Below, one piece after another: positions 11,996-22,154 of a DNA stretch of 64,000 nucleotides. Position numbers and translations under genes: made by a program. Where the stretch lies: assembly GCA_044222475.1 (NCBI GenBank), contig JBGANF010000007.1, forward strand, positions 32,001-96,000. The letters are read 5' to 3'. Within the stretch, counting starts at the first letter, position 1; each line of letters begins with the position of its first letter. This stretch comes from Polyangiaceae bacterium (GTDB lineage Bacteria; Myxococcota_A; Polyangia; Polyangiales; Polyangiaceae). The notes beneath the pieces were generated by a model. The model worked only from the letters and a program-made list of their open reading frames with translations, searched no databases and was not told the DNA's origin.

Positions 11996-13816
11996 TCAGT
12001 TCGGCGTCGGCGGAACGACGACGGTGTTGATCGGCTGCACGCTCGCCCCAGCGGGGTACGCGTAGCTCACCGCCGTCGACGAGAGCGTGCCGGACGAGAG
12101 GCCCGAGCCCCATCCCCACACCGTGAGTCCGAACGGCACGTCGCTCTTGGCTTCGTGGCGACCGTTGTCGCACGTGCCCTGCTTGACGAAGTTGCCGGTG
12201 ATGAGGTCGGCGCGAACCCATTCGTACTTTCCACCTGCTCCCATCGGCTGCCACCCCGTGAGGGTGCCTTTGCAGTCGAGCGTGACGTCGTGGAACGTGT
12301 TGTCGCTCGCCTTCTGGCGCACGAAGAGCAGCTCGGTCTCGGGGTAGGTCGGATCGGTGAAGAAGATGTAGTTCGCGAGGTACTGCGCCGGCGGGACGAC
12401 GTTCACGAACTCGGGATCGCCGGCGCAGCTCAGCGGGCTGGAGCTCCAGTTCGGGTTCTTCGTGCAGCCGGTCATGTGGGCGCCAAAGAAGAACGGGTGC
12501 TGCGCGTCTTGGCTCTTCACCGTGTACTGACCGGGCGAGTCGTACTCGACCACTTGGCCGCGCTTGAGGGTCGTCGGAGCGCCGGATTGCGGAGGATCGT
12601 AGGTGAGCGTGGTGCCGTCGACCGCGCCGACGAAGCGCCACGGCGGCGACTCGGGAACGCCGGGGTACCGATCGCGGTAGCGGACCGCCGCGTACTCGCT
12701 GCCGAGCGCCTTCACCGGCGGGATCTGTTGGTGCATGCCGTCGCACGCGGCCGCTTCGATGTTGGTGCAGCCGTGACCGCCCCAGCTCCCGATCGGCTTC
12801 GTCGCCTTGAGCACGCTGCCGGACAGATCCTGCGGCTGCTGAAGGCGCATCACCTGGCCCTTCTGCAGGGTGTACGTCTTCGGCACGTTGGCCGCGCCGG
12901 CGGTGACCGCTCCGCCTCCGACGATGGCCGAGGTCGGCACGATGGTGACGTCGGTCGCGTTCTCTTGCGCGACGACCGCGATCCACGGGTTGCCGAAGCC
13001 CGTCTCGCTCCACGCTGCGGTCGCGACGTAGTTGTCGTCCCACGCGGACGTGGGGAGGAGCAGCGTCGCCCCGGTGACGGCGCTCGATCCGCCGCCGTAG
13101 GGGAAGATCGTCGCAGCGACGACCGGCGCGTCGGTGGTGATGTGCCAGCCGTCGGTGATCGCCGTGCCCGGCGTGCTCGCGTTTCCGGTCACCGCTGGCG
13201 TCTTCGGGCACGTGCCGCTGTCGACGGAGAGGAAGAAGATCGCGACGCTCCCGGTAGGGATCGTGTTGTTGACGAGCGGCGTGTAGGTGATGCCGATGCC
13301 GCTGCCCTGCGGGATGAAGCCGACGTTGTTGTAGGTCTGCGAGCCGCGACCCACCGTGACCTGCACTGGGTTGCCCCAGGTGTTCGACACGAACGCGGCG
13401 AAGCACGTCTGCGAGACGAAGTCGGTCGCAGGGACGGCGTAGTAGTCGCAGCCGACGCTGCTCTTGTTCGCCTTCGCGGCGTCGCAAGCGGGAACGCAGA
13501 CGCCGCCGGCGCAGCCCTGCGTCGGAGGACACGTCGAGATGACGTTGTTGTTGCAGTCGAGGATCGAGTGGAGGTCCCCGGAGCATTTGATGCAGCTCCC
13601 GCCATCGCCGCCTTGGCCGTCACCGAAGAGGTTGTTGTCGTCGGGGAAGGGGTTCGCGTCGTCGGGCGGCGGAGTGCCGTCGCTTCCACCGTCGAGGCTG
13701 AACCCCGATCCGTTCGTGGTTCCGCAGCTCGCGGAGGCGAGCGCGGTGAACACGACGAGTGCCCCCAAGCCAACGCCCAAGGTGACAGCACGAGGGCGAG
13801 TGAAGGAAGGATGCAT
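11996..13816 (-). CDS. IgGFc-binding-domain lipoprotein (paralog 1)
   Basis: Lipobox ASASC; DGG linker; KSSVGCDYY, ATLLLPTSAW..NY, HQQIPPVKALGSEY, FFTDPTY and SYAYPAG motifs. Confidence 0.85.
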   Translation of the reverse strand: MHPSFTRPRAVTLGVGLGALVVFTALASASCGTTNGSGFSLDGGSDGTPPPDDANPFPDDNNLFGDGQGGDGGSCIKCSGDLHSILDCNNNVISTCPPTQGCAGGVCVPACDAAKANKSSVGCDYYAVPATDFVSQTCFAAFVSNTWGNPVQVTVGRGSQTYNNVGFIPQGSGIGITYTPLVNNTIPTGSVAIFFLSVDSGTCPKTPAVTGNASTPGTAITDGWHITTDAPVVAATIFPYGGGSSAVTGATLLLPTSAWDDNYVATAAWSETGFGNPWIAVVAQENATDVTIVPTSAIVGGGAVTAGAANVPKTYTLQKGQVMRLQQPQDLSGSVLKATKPIGSWGGHGCTNIEAAACDGMHQQIPPVKALGSEYAAVRYRDRYPGVPESPPWRFVGAVDGTTLTYDPPQSGAPTTLKRGQVVEYDSPGQYTVKSQDAQHPFFFGAHMTGCTKNPNWSSSPLSCAGDPEFVNVVPPAQYLANYIFFTDPTYPETELLFVRQKASDNTFHDVTLDCKGTLTGWQPMGAGGKYEWVRADLITGNFVKQGTCDNGRHEAKSDVPFGLTVWGWGSGLSSGTLSSTAVSYAYPAGASVQPINTVVVPPTPN

Positions 13817-13875
13817 CGAAGAAACCTCCGGTTTTGGGATTCTAGCTCGTGGAAACCGGTTAGTCTCTCCCTTCC

Positions 13876-14622
13876 ATGGCTGGACGGACCTTCGCCATCG
13901 GCGACATCCACGGTGACATCGTCGCGCTCAAGACGCTTCTGATGAAGCTGCCGACGCTCGACGACCAGGACACGCTGATCTTCCTCGGCGACTACATCGA
14001 CCGCGGGCCGCGCTCGAAGGACGTCATCACGTTCATCCGCGACGTGCAGAAGAAGGCGCCGATGAAGGTCGTCGCGCTGCGCGGCAACCACGAGGACGGT
14101 TGGCTGCGCGTCATCGGCGGAGGCTGGCCCGAGTTCGTGCTCCCACCGGGGAACGGGTGCCTCGCCGCGTACCGCTCGTACGCCGGGCTCCCGTACAAAG
14201 AGGGTGAATACCCGACGAAGAACGAGATCCAAGAGCTGAAGACGGGGCGCTTCTTCCCCCCGGACGACGTCGCGTGGATGCAATCCCTCGACTACTTCTA
14301 CGAAGACGAGCACGCGATCTACGTGCACGCCGGCCTCGTCGAGAAAGACGGCAAGTTCCTCCACCCGAAGGAGACGGACAACGTCTCCCTGATCCTCTGG
14401 GTGCGCACGATGAGGTTCTTCACCGAGTACCGAGGCAAGCTCGTCGTCGTCGGGCACACGTCGACGGACAACCTGCCACCGGAGCTCTCGTCCTACACGC
14501 CGGAAGATCCCCTCGACATGTGGGTGGGTGAGTGCGTGATCGGGATCGACACCGGATGTGGCAAAGGCGGCTTCTTGACGTGCGTGGAGCTGCCGAGCAG
14601 AACGGTCTACGAATCGCGCTGA
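13876..14622 (+). CDS. PPP-family Ser/Thr protein phosphatase (metallophosphoesterase)
   Basis: GDIHG, GDYIDRG, RGNHE, VHAG, GHT and IDTG motifs. Confidence 0.92.
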   Translation: MAGRTFAIGDIHGDIVALKTLLMKLPTLDDQDTLIFLGDYIDRGPRSKDVITFIRDVQKKAPMKVVALRGNHEDGWLRVIGGGWPEFVLPPGNGCLAAYRSYAGLPYKEGEYPTKNEIQELKTGRFFPPDDVAWMQSLDYFYEDEHAIYVHAGLVEKDGKFLHPKETDNVSLILWVRTMRFFTEYRGKLVVVGHTSTDNLPPELSSYTPEDPLDMWVGECVIGIDTGCGKGGFLTCVELPSRTVYESR

Positions 14623-14686
14623 GGCGCATCGATTCCCGTTCCCATTCCTGTTCCACATTCCTCCGAATTTCGTCTTCTCGACCTCC

Positions 14687-17600
14687 ATGCACGCGATCAA
14701 GCTCCGCGGCGCACGAACTCACAACCTCAAGGGGGTCTCCCTCGACCTCCACGCTGGGGAGCTGACGTGCGTCACCGGTCCGAGCGGCTCGGGGAAATCC
14801 TCGCTCGCGCAGGACACGCTCTACGCCGAGGGTCAGCGTCGCTTCGTAGAGAGCTTCAGCCCCTACGCGCGCCAGTTCCTGGAGCGGCTCGAGCGACCAC
14901 CGATGGACTCGCTCGATCCGATCGCCGCGACGATAGCGGTCGACCGCCGCGCGCCGATCAAATCGAGTCGATCGACGCTCGCGACGATGACCGACCTCGA
15001 GGTCTACCTCGCCGCGCTCTTCGCGCGTGAAGCCGTGCCCACCTGCCCCGACTGCGGGGTCGCGGCGGTGCGGCGCAGCGCGGGTGACGTCGCTGGGAGC
15101 CTGACGAAGCAGCTCGACGGTCGGCGCGTCACCGTCGCGTACTCCGAGCGCACCGCGAGCACCGAGGATTTCCTCGACCTGCGAGAGCGCCTCCTCCGCG
15201 ACGGGTACCGACGCGTGCTCGTGGGAGCCAAGGCGCGGGACCTCGACGAGGTCGCTCCGAGCGAGGCGAAGACGCTCGACGTCGTCACCGACCGTGTCGC
15301 CGTCTCGCCCACCGAAGCTCGGCGCCTCCAACAGGCGATCGAGGCCGCGTGGGATCGCGGCGGCGGCCGTGCGCGCGTGCACGTGGAGGGCTCATCCACC
15401 GTCGACGTGGCGCGCGGCCTCGTCTGCCCCTCGTGCGCGCGGACCTTCGAGCCGCCGCGCGCGGCGCTGTTCTCGTACGAGTCGCCGCTCGGCGCGTGCG
15501 CGACCTGCCGCGGGTTCGGGCGCGTGATCGACGTCGACTGGGGCAAGGTCGTCCCGGACGGTTCGAAGACGCTGGCCAAGGGTGCGATCAAGGCGTGGAA
15601 CGGAAAGAGCGCGGCGTGGGAGCGGCGCTCGCTCGTGAAGTTCTGCGCGCGCAAAGGCATCCCGACGGACGTGCCGTGGGACGATCTCGAGGAGGCGCAG
15701 CGGAGCGCCGTCATCGAGGGCGAGGGCTCGTGGACGAAGGGCCGCTTCCCCGGCGTCCGCGCATGGTTCAAGTGGCTCGAGACGCGCACCTACAAGATGC
15801 ACGTCCGTGTATTCCTCGCGCGCTATCGGGAGTACTCGCCGTGCGGCGCATGCGGCGGGTCGCGGCTCAACGAAACCGCCCTCTCGTACCATGTTGGGAC
15901 GAGGAACCTCGCTCAATGGCACTCCGAGACCGTGAGCGCGGCGCTCGCCGGACTGACCGAGCTCGAGGCCCACGACGGCCAGGGCAAGGTCGCCCTGAGC
16001 GAGCTCCGGTCGCGGCTCGCCTACCTCGACGCCGTCGGTCTCGGCTACCTCACCCTCGATCGCCAGGCGCGCACGCTCTCCGGCGGCGAAGCGCAGCGCG
16101 CATCCCTCACGACCGCGCTCGGCGTCCAGATGACTGGCGCGCTCTTCGTCCTCGACGAGCCGACCGTCGGATTGCACCCGACCGACGTACCGAGGCTCGG
16201 CACGGCGATCCGCAGCCTCGCCGACGCGGGCAACGCGGTGCTGGTCGTCGAGCACGACGAGACGATCGTCCGCTCCGCGGATCGCGTCGTCGAGCTCGGG
16301 CCTGGAGCCGGGTCCGCCGGCGGGCGCATCCTCTTCGACGGCTCACCGGCCGAGCTCGCATCGCGACCCGACTTGCCTACCGGCGCCGCATGGACCCGGA
16401 CCGAGCGGGGCGCTCGGACGCGGCGGAGACCGTCGGGGAAGCTCGTGCTGCGGGGCGCGGAGGAGAACAACCTGCGCGCCGTCGACGTCGAGCTCGGGCT
16501 CGGTGTGCTCACGGCGATCACCGGGCCGAGCGGATCGGGGAAGTCCACGCTCGTGGAGGACGTGCTGTTCCGCGCGACGGCGCGCGCGCTCGGTGACACG
16601 ACGGTCGACCGCCCTGGTGCCCATCGCGCGCTGTCCGGCGAGGGCAAGCTGAAGCGCGCGGTGCTCGTCGATCAAGCCCCCCTCGGCCGCACCGCCCGCG
16701 GCAACGCCGCGACGTACACCAAGGCGTGGGACCGCATCCGCGCGCGCTTCGCCGCGGAGAGCGCGGCCCGCAACGCGGGGCTCCTGCCGCAACACTTCTC
16801 GTTCAACGTCGCCGGGGCGGGCCGGTGCGAGACGTGCGCCGGCGAAGGCTACGAGACCGTAGAGATGCAGTTCTTGGCGGACGTCCAGCTGCTCTGCCCG
16901 GTGTGCCGCGGGCAGCGGTTCAAGCCCGAGGTCCTCGCCGTCAGGCATCGAGGCAAGCGCGTCTCGGACGTGCTCGCGATGACGATCGACGAGGCGCTCG
17001 TGACGCTCGGCGGCGGCGACGACGACGCGGACTGGGTCCTGCGTCGTGCGCTCGAGCCGGTCACCGCGGTGGGCCTCGGGTATCTGCCCCTCGGACAGCC
17101 GCTGTCGACTTTGTCGGGTGGCGAAGCTCAGCGGCTCAAGCTCGCGCGAGCGCTCGCCGGGGACGTCGAGAAGACTCTGTTCGTCGTCGACGAGCCGAGT
17201 GCGGGGCTCCATCGATCGGATGTGGCTCTCGTCATCGCCGCGCTCCATGGGCTCTGTGACCGGGGAGCGACCGTCGTGGTCGTCGAGCACGACCTCGAGG
17301 TGATCGAGTCGGCGGATTGGGTGATCGACTTGGGGCCCGGGGCCGGACCGGAGGGCGGACGGGTCGTCGCGGTCGGTACGCCGGAGGAGATCGCTCGGAG
17401 CGGTACCAGAACGGGACAGGCGTTGCTCGGAGCGCGCACGCGCACGACGACGCGCACGCGAGCGGGGGCGGGCGCTGGTGCGGGTGCGGGGGCGGGGGCG
17501 GATGGGATCGTCGTCGAGCGGGCTCGGGAGCACAATTTGCGGGGGATTTCGTGCTCGATTCCTCATGGGACGTTGGCGGTCGTGACCGGACCCAGCGGAT

Positions 17601-20050
17601 CGGGGAAGTCGTCGTTGGCGTTCGACGTGATCTTCGCGGAGGGGCAGCGGAGGTTCCTCGAGACGCTCACTCCCTATGCTCGGCAGTTCCTCCCGACGCT
17701 TCCGCGGCCCGACGTCGACAAGGTGCTCGGCGTTCCGCCGAGCATCGCTCTCGAGCAGCGTCTCTCGCGCGGGGGCGCGAACTCCACCGTCGCGACGGTG
17801 ACGGAGGTGGCGCACTACCTCCGGCTGCTGTTCGCCAAGGTCGGCGAGGTCCATTGCCCGCGCTGTGACGCCGTCGTGTCGACCAGCAGCCCGGACGACT
17901 TGTTCGAGACGCTCCGCTCCAACGAGGGCAACGCGCGCCACACGGTGTACGCGCCGGCCGTCCGCGCGCGGAAGGGCACCTACCTCGATCTCTTCACGTC
18001 GGCGGGGCGCGCGGGCGTGCAGGCCGCTCGCGTCGACGGGGCGATCGTTCCGATCGATCCACCGCCGCGGCTCAAGAAGGCCGCCGAGCACGACGTCGAC
18101 CTCATCGTCCACTACGGCCCGCTCTCCAAGCTCGACCGCGACGTCTTCGATCGCGCGCTCTCGTGGGGCGGAGGCAGCCTCCGCGTCGCCCGCGGCGAGC
18201 CGACGCCGAAGCCCGTCGCGTCCGAGCGGCTCGTCTCCACGACGCGCGCGTGCTCGGCGTGCGGAACGGGCGTACCCGAGCTCGATCCCCGGTGGTTCTC
18301 CTTCAATACCAAACAGGGACAATGCGAGGTCTGCGAGGGCAGCGGTCTCCAGGGCGGAGCGGAGGCCGCCGACGCTCCAGCGAGCGAGCGAGTCCCCTGC
18401 CCCGCCTGCATGGGTGATCGGCTCGCGGTCGTTCCGCGGCGCGTCCGACTCGGCGGGATGCGCTACGCCGAGATCGCTGCGCTCGACGTCGAAGCGGCGC
18501 TGAAGCGACTCGCTGGTCTGCGCTTCACTGGGAAGAACAAGCTCATCGGTGACACGCCGCTCGCCGAGCTGCTCCGCCGACTTCGCTTCGTCGACACCGT
18601 CGGCCTCGGCTACCTCGCGCTCGGTCGCACCGCGAGCACCCTGTCCGGCGGCGAGATGCAGCGACTTCGCCTCGCCGCTCAGCTCGGCAGCGGGCTCACC
18701 GGCGCGCTCTACGTGCTCGACGAACCGACGATCGGGCTCCACCCGCGCGACACCGGGCGCCTGCTCGCGAACCTCCGCGCCCTCGTCGACACGGGGTCCA
18801 CGGTGCTCGTCGTCGAGCACGACGCGGAGACGATCGCGGCCGCCGATTGGGTGATCGATCTCGGACCGCACGGCGGACGCGGCGGCGGCCTCGTCGTCGC
18901 CGCCGGCCCCGCAAAGGCGGTCCTCGCCAGCGACTCGCCCACGGCCGTCGCGCTGCGCGAGCCCTCCACCCAGCCGCGCGTGCAGCGCCCCATGGCGGAC
19001 GCGTTCCTCTCCCTCGAAGGCGCGCGCGCGAACAACCTGCAGGGCGTCGACTTCCGCGTGCCCGCCGGCCGGCTGACCGTCGTCTGCGGCGTCAGCGGAT
19101 CGGGCAAGAGCACGCTCGTCCGGCACGTCTTCTACCCGGCGCTGCGGCGCGCCCTGGGTCTGGTCGCCGAGCGACCCGGCGAATTCGATCGCCTGAGTGG
19201 TACCAAATCGGTACGACGGGCCCTCGCCGTGGACCAGTCTCCCATCGGACGAACGCCCCGCAGCGTTCCGGCGACGTTTCTCGGGATCTGGGACCCGATC
19301 CGAGCGCTCTTCGCGAGCCTCCCCGAGTCGAAGACCCGCGGCTTCGGCAAGGCGCGCTACTCGTTCAACTCCGGCGTCGCGACCGGGAAGCGCGCCGCCA
19401 AGGGCGAAGGCAGCGGGCGCTGCGAGGCGTGCAAGGGCCAAGGGTACGTCGTCGCGGAGATGTCGTTCCTGCCCGACGTGGTGAGCCCGTGCGAGACGTG
19501 CTCCGGCATGCGCTTCGAGCCCGCCACGCTCGACGTGACGTACCAAGGCCGTTCAATCGGCGACGTGCTGAAGATGACCGCCGAAGAGGGCGCCGAGCTC
19601 TTCACCCACCACCGCAAGATCGCGCCGCCGCTGCGCACCTTGGTCGATCTCGGGGTGGGGTACGTGGCGCTCGGTCAGGGCTCGAACACGCTCTCCGGCG
19701 GCGAGGCACAGCGGCTCAAGCTCGCGGCGGAGCTCACCGCAGGTGCCGCGCACGAGCCGACGCTCTACGTGCTCGACGAGCCGACGACCGGGCTCCACCT
19801 CTCCGACGTGAAGAAGCTCGTCTCCGTGCTCCAGCGCCTCGTCGAGCGCGGCGACACGCTGGTCGTCGTCGAGCACCACCCCGACGTCATCGCTGCCGCG
19901 GACTGGGTCGTCGAGCTCGGTCCGGAGGGCGGCGCTGGTGGCGGGCGCATCGTCTACGAGGGCGACCCTCGGAAGCTCGTCCGCGGCCGCGCGAACACCG
20001 CGACGAGCCGCTTCTTCGCCGGAAGCCCACGCATTGCCGTGGCCGAGTGA
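14687..20050 (+). CDS. uvrA: Tandem-fused (double-length) UvrA-family excinuclease ATPase
   Basis: Four Walker A motifs (GPSGSGKS x3, GVSGSGKS), four LSGGE signatures, four DEP motifs and multiple CxxC Zn modules; 1787 aa. Confidence 0.93.
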   Translation: MHAIKLRGARTHNLKGVSLDLHAGELTCVTGPSGSGKSSLAQDTLYAEGQRRFVESFSPYARQFLERLERPPMDSLDPIAATIAVDRRAPIKSSRSTLATMTDLEVYLAALFAREAVPTCPDCGVAAVRRSAGDVAGSLTKQLDGRRVTVAYSERTASTEDFLDLRERLLRDGYRRVLVGAKARDLDEVAPSEAKTLDVVTDRVAVSPTEARRLQQAIEAAWDRGGGRARVHVEGSSTVDVARGLVCPSCARTFEPPRAALFSYESPLGACATCRGFGRVIDVDWGKVVPDGSKTLAKGAIKAWNGKSAAWERRSLVKFCARKGIPTDVPWDDLEEAQRSAVIEGEGSWTKGRFPGVRAWFKWLETRTYKMHVRVFLARYREYSPCGACGGSRLNETALSYHVGTRNLAQWHSETVSAALAGLTELEAHDGQGKVALSELRSRLAYLDAVGLGYLTLDRQARTLSGGEAQRASLTTALGVQMTGALFVLDEPTVGLHPTDVPRLGTAIRSLADAGNAVLVVEHDETIVRSADRVVELGPGAGSAGGRILFDGSPAELASRPDLPTGAAWTRTERGARTRRRPSGKLVLRGAEENNLRAVDVELGLGVLTAITGPSGSGKSTLVEDVLFRATARALGDTTVDRPGAHRALSGEGKLKRAVLVDQAPLGRTARGNAATYTKAWDRIRARFAAESAARNAGLLPQHFSFNVAGAGRCETCAGEGYETVEMQFLADVQLLCPVCRGQRFKPEVLAVRHRGKRVSDVLAMTIDEALVTLGGGDDDADWVLRRALEPVTAVGLGYLPLGQPLSTLSGGEAQRLKLARALAGDVEKTLFVVDEPSAGLHRSDVALVIAALHGLCDRGATVVVVEHDLEVIESADWVIDLGPGAGPEGGRVVAVGTPEEIARSGTRTGQALLGARTRTTTRTRAGAGAGAGAGAGADGIVVERAREHNLRGISCSIPHGTLAVVTGPSGSGKSSLAFDVIFAEGQRRFLETLTPYARQFLPTLPRPDVDKVLGVPPSIALEQRLSRGGANSTVATVTEVAHYLRLLFAKVGEVHCPRCDAVVSTSSPDDLFETLRSNEGNARHTVYAPAVRARKGTYLDLFTSAGRAGVQAARVDGAIVPIDPPPRLKKAAEHDVDLIVHYGPLSKLDRDVFDRALSWGGGSLRVARGEPTPKPVASERLVSTTRACSACGTGVPELDPRWFSFNTKQGQCEVCEGSGLQGGAEAADAPASERVPCPACMGDRLAVVPRRVRLGGMRYAEIAALDVEAALKRLAGLRFTGKNKLIGDTPLAELLRRLRFVDTVGLGYLALGRTASTLSGGEMQRLRLAAQLGSGLTGALYVLDEPTIGLHPRDTGRLLANLRALVDTGSTVLVVEHDAETIAAADWVIDLGPHGGRGGGLVVAAGPAKAVLASDSPTAVALREPSTQPRVQRPMADAFLSLEGARANNLQGVDFRVPAGRLTVVCGVSGSGKSTLVRHVFYPALRRALGLVAERPGEFDRLSGTKSVRRALAVDQSPIGRTPRSVPATFLGIWDPIRALFASLPESKTRGFGKARYSFNSGVATGKRAAKGEGSGRCEACKGQGYVVAEMSFLPDVVSPCETCSGMRFEPATLDVTYQGRSIGDVLKMTAEEGAELFTHHRKIAPPLRTLVDLGVGYVALGQGSNTLSGGEAQRLKLAAELTAGAAHEPTLYVLDEPTTGLHLSDVKKLVSVLQRLVERGDTLVVVEHHPDVIAAADWVVELGPEGGAGGGRIVYEGDPRKLVRGRANTATSRFFAGSPRIAVAE

Positions 20051-20075
20051 CCGGTCTCCATCTATGCTGCACCGC

Positions 20076-20693
20076 ATGCTTGGCAATGAACGCGTGGCGC
20101 TCGTCCTCGGCTCCGCTCTTCTCTTCGCCTGCGGCGGAGCGACGGTGACCGATCTTCAAGGCAATCCTCCCGCCGGCCAGGACGCCGGCGTCGACACCAG
20201 CGTCGTGAAGGACAGCAGCGTCGTCGACGAAGGCATCGGAGTCGACGTCACGCCGCCGCCGCCGCCGCCGATCGAGGCCGGTCCGCCCGACGTCGGTCCG
20301 CCGCCGCCGGATCCGGCGCCCATCGTCTGCGGGCAGAACCTCGCGACGGCGTCGTTGAAGTGCGACGCGAACAAAGAGGTCTGCTGTCGCACTGGCACGG
20401 GCGTCCAGATGACGGTCGCGTGCACCCCGGGTAACGGCTGCACCAACGCCAGCGTACCGCTCGCCTGCTCGACCACCGCCACTTGCACCGCGCTCGGCCT
20501 CGTCGGCAACGTCTGCTGCGGCAACGTGGCGAACAGCCTCGTGACCTCGGCCAAGTGCGTCCCGGCTGGAAACTGCCCGGGCACCGGGACCACGATCCGA
20601 CTGTGCGACAAGAACGGGCCGAACGTGTGCCCGGTCAACACGACCTGCAAGACGAGCTCGTACACCCTCGCCGGCTACGACATCTGCTTCTGA
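20076..20693 (+). CDS. Cys-rich lipoprotein
   Basis: Lipobox LLFAC, DAG/Pro-rich linker, Cys-rich C-terminal domain; TATGCT 7 nt before the ATG. Confidence 0.75.
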   Translation: MLGNERVALVLGSALLFACGGATVTDLQGNPPAGQDAGVDTSVVKDSSVVDEGIGVDVTPPPPPPIEAGPPDVGPPPPDPAPIVCGQNLATASLKCDANKEVCCRTGTGVQMTVACTPGNGCTNASVPLACSTTATCTALGLVGNVCCGNVANSLVTSAKCVPAGNCPGTGTTIRLCDKNGPNVCPVNTTCKTSSYTLAGYDICF

Positions 20694-20699
20694 TCGGCG

Positions 20700-21236
20700 T
20701 CACGCGTCGCCGTTGATCGCCAAGTTGCGGAACGTCTCTCCGTCGGGCACGAAGTCGACGTTGAAGTAGCAGTCGCCGCCGTCTTTGACGACGAAGCCTT
20801 CCTTGCGCCATCCGTCGGCGTCCCCGTAGTAGCTGCAGAAGAAGTTGCCCCAAATCAAGCGCGTCCCGTCCGCCGCGAGGTGCCCGACGTACTGGCGCAT
20901 GTACTTCGGCATGCGGTCCGCGAGCGGCGTCGCGCCCCTTCGTGACGGGGGCACGCTCGCCCGGAGGAACGCCGGGAGCTTCGCTTCGAACGCGGCGATC
21001 TCGCGATCGGTCGGGGTGTAGAACGTCGGAGGCGGATCGCGGAAGTAGAAGTTCCGGCCCTCGGCGGCGGGCACGATGAAGCGCAGCTCGGGGTTCGCGA
21101 GCATGATCGGCGTCGCGCCGCCGCCCGCGTCCCTGGTGCTCGCGGGAGCCGGGGGTACGGTGACCTCGGTGGACTGCGGCTGCGCCTTCGTGCAGCCGAG
21201 GAGGAGCGTCGAGATCGCGACGAGACGGAGCCACAT
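20700..21236 (-). CDS. Hypothetical lipoprotein
   Basis: MWLRLVAISTLLLGC lipobox; globular domain YMRQYVG...NFFC...DGGDCYF. Confidence 0.75.
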   Translation of the reverse strand: MWLRLVAISTLLLGCTKAQPQSTEVTVPPAPASTRDAGGGATPIMLANPELRFIVPAAEGRNFYFRDPPPTFYTPTDREIAAFEAKLPAFLRASVPPSRRGATPLADRMPKYMRQYVGHLAADGTRLIWGNFFCSYYGDADGWRKEGFVVKDGGDCYFNVDFVPDGETFRNLAINGDA

Positions 21237-21305
21237 GGGCCGATTGTACGTGCGATTATCTGACGGTCGTCCAGCGCGACCGCAGTATTTCCCCACGAAC
21301 TCGCC

Positions 21306-21321
21306 CGGCACGGCGATTGCT
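21306..21321 (+). promoter_or_regulatory. Candidate sigma-54 (-24/-12) promoter of the AraC gene
   Basis: CGGCACGGCGATTGCT matches TGGCACG-N4-TTGC(A/T) at all but the first base, with GG-N10-GC spacing. Confidence 0.45.
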
Positions 21322-21335
21322 TCGGGATGCTGGCC

Positions 21336-22154
21336 ATGAGTCAGCCATCGAGGGTGTCGCAGTACCTCCGCGAGCACCGCGTCATCGGCAAGGCGACGAT
21401 CCGCCAATGGGACTTCGCCGAGACGATCACCGGCCGGGTGTCGGCCCACCGCGGCGTCGAGGTCGCCTGGCTCCATCGCGGGTCCGGCGAGTACCACATT
21501 GGTACGAAGACCCACCACGTCGCCGCAAGCGAGCTCGTCATGCTCCCGGCGACCGTCGAGCACGGGTCCTACTTCGAGGCCAAGACGAAGTGCGGCGCGA
21601 TCGAGGTTTCGCCCGAGTTCGTCGCCCACGTCGCCGAGGTCGTCGCGGCGCGCGCAGCTCCTCGCGAGATCACGACCATGCCGCTCGCGTCGTGCGCGAG
21701 CCTGGTGCAGGCGCTGGAGGAAGAGCTGGCGCTCCCCGGGCCGGGCCAAGTCGCCGCCACCGAGGCGCTGGTCGAGGCGCTGCTGCTCCGCGTGCTCCGC
21801 CGAAGCGCCGCCCCGCTCGCCAAGGACGAGCGCGTGCGTCGCGCGATCGATCTCATCCACGCCGAGTTCGCGACCGAGCTGTGCATCGACGACCTCGCGA
21901 AGGCCGCGCACATGAGCCGCTTTCACTTCAGCCGCGCGTTTCGGGCCGAGACCGGGCTCGCACCGTACGCGTACCTCCAGCGCCATCGGGTGGAGCGAGC
22001 GGCGGAGCTCCTGAAGAAGAAGCGCAGCGTGACCGCCGCCGCGTTCGACAGCGGGTTCCGCGATCTCGGGCGGTTCGCCCGCGCGTTCCGGGCGCGGTTC
22101 GGCGTCGCTCCGAGCGCGTGGTCCGTCACTTCTTCTGCGGCGGCTCGTGGATGA
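21336..22154 (+). CDS. AraC-family transcriptional regulator (cupin + HTH); start 21327 or 21336
   Basis: LAKAAHMSRFHFSRAFR...R..RA.ELL...GF.D...F.RAFR..FGVAPS. Confidence 0.92.
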   Translation: MSQPSRVSQYLREHRVIGKATIRQWDFAETITGRVSAHRGVEVAWLHRGSGEYHIGTKTHHVAASELVMLPATVEHGSYFEAKTKCGAIEVSPEFVAHVAEVVAARAAPREITTMPLASCASLVQALEEELALPGPGQVAATEALVEALLLRVLRRSAAPLAKDERVRRAIDLIHAEFATELCIDDLAKAAHMSRFHFSRAFRAETGLAPYAYLQRHRVERAAELLKKKRSVTAAAFDSGFRDLGRFARAFRARFGVAPSAWSVTSSAAARG

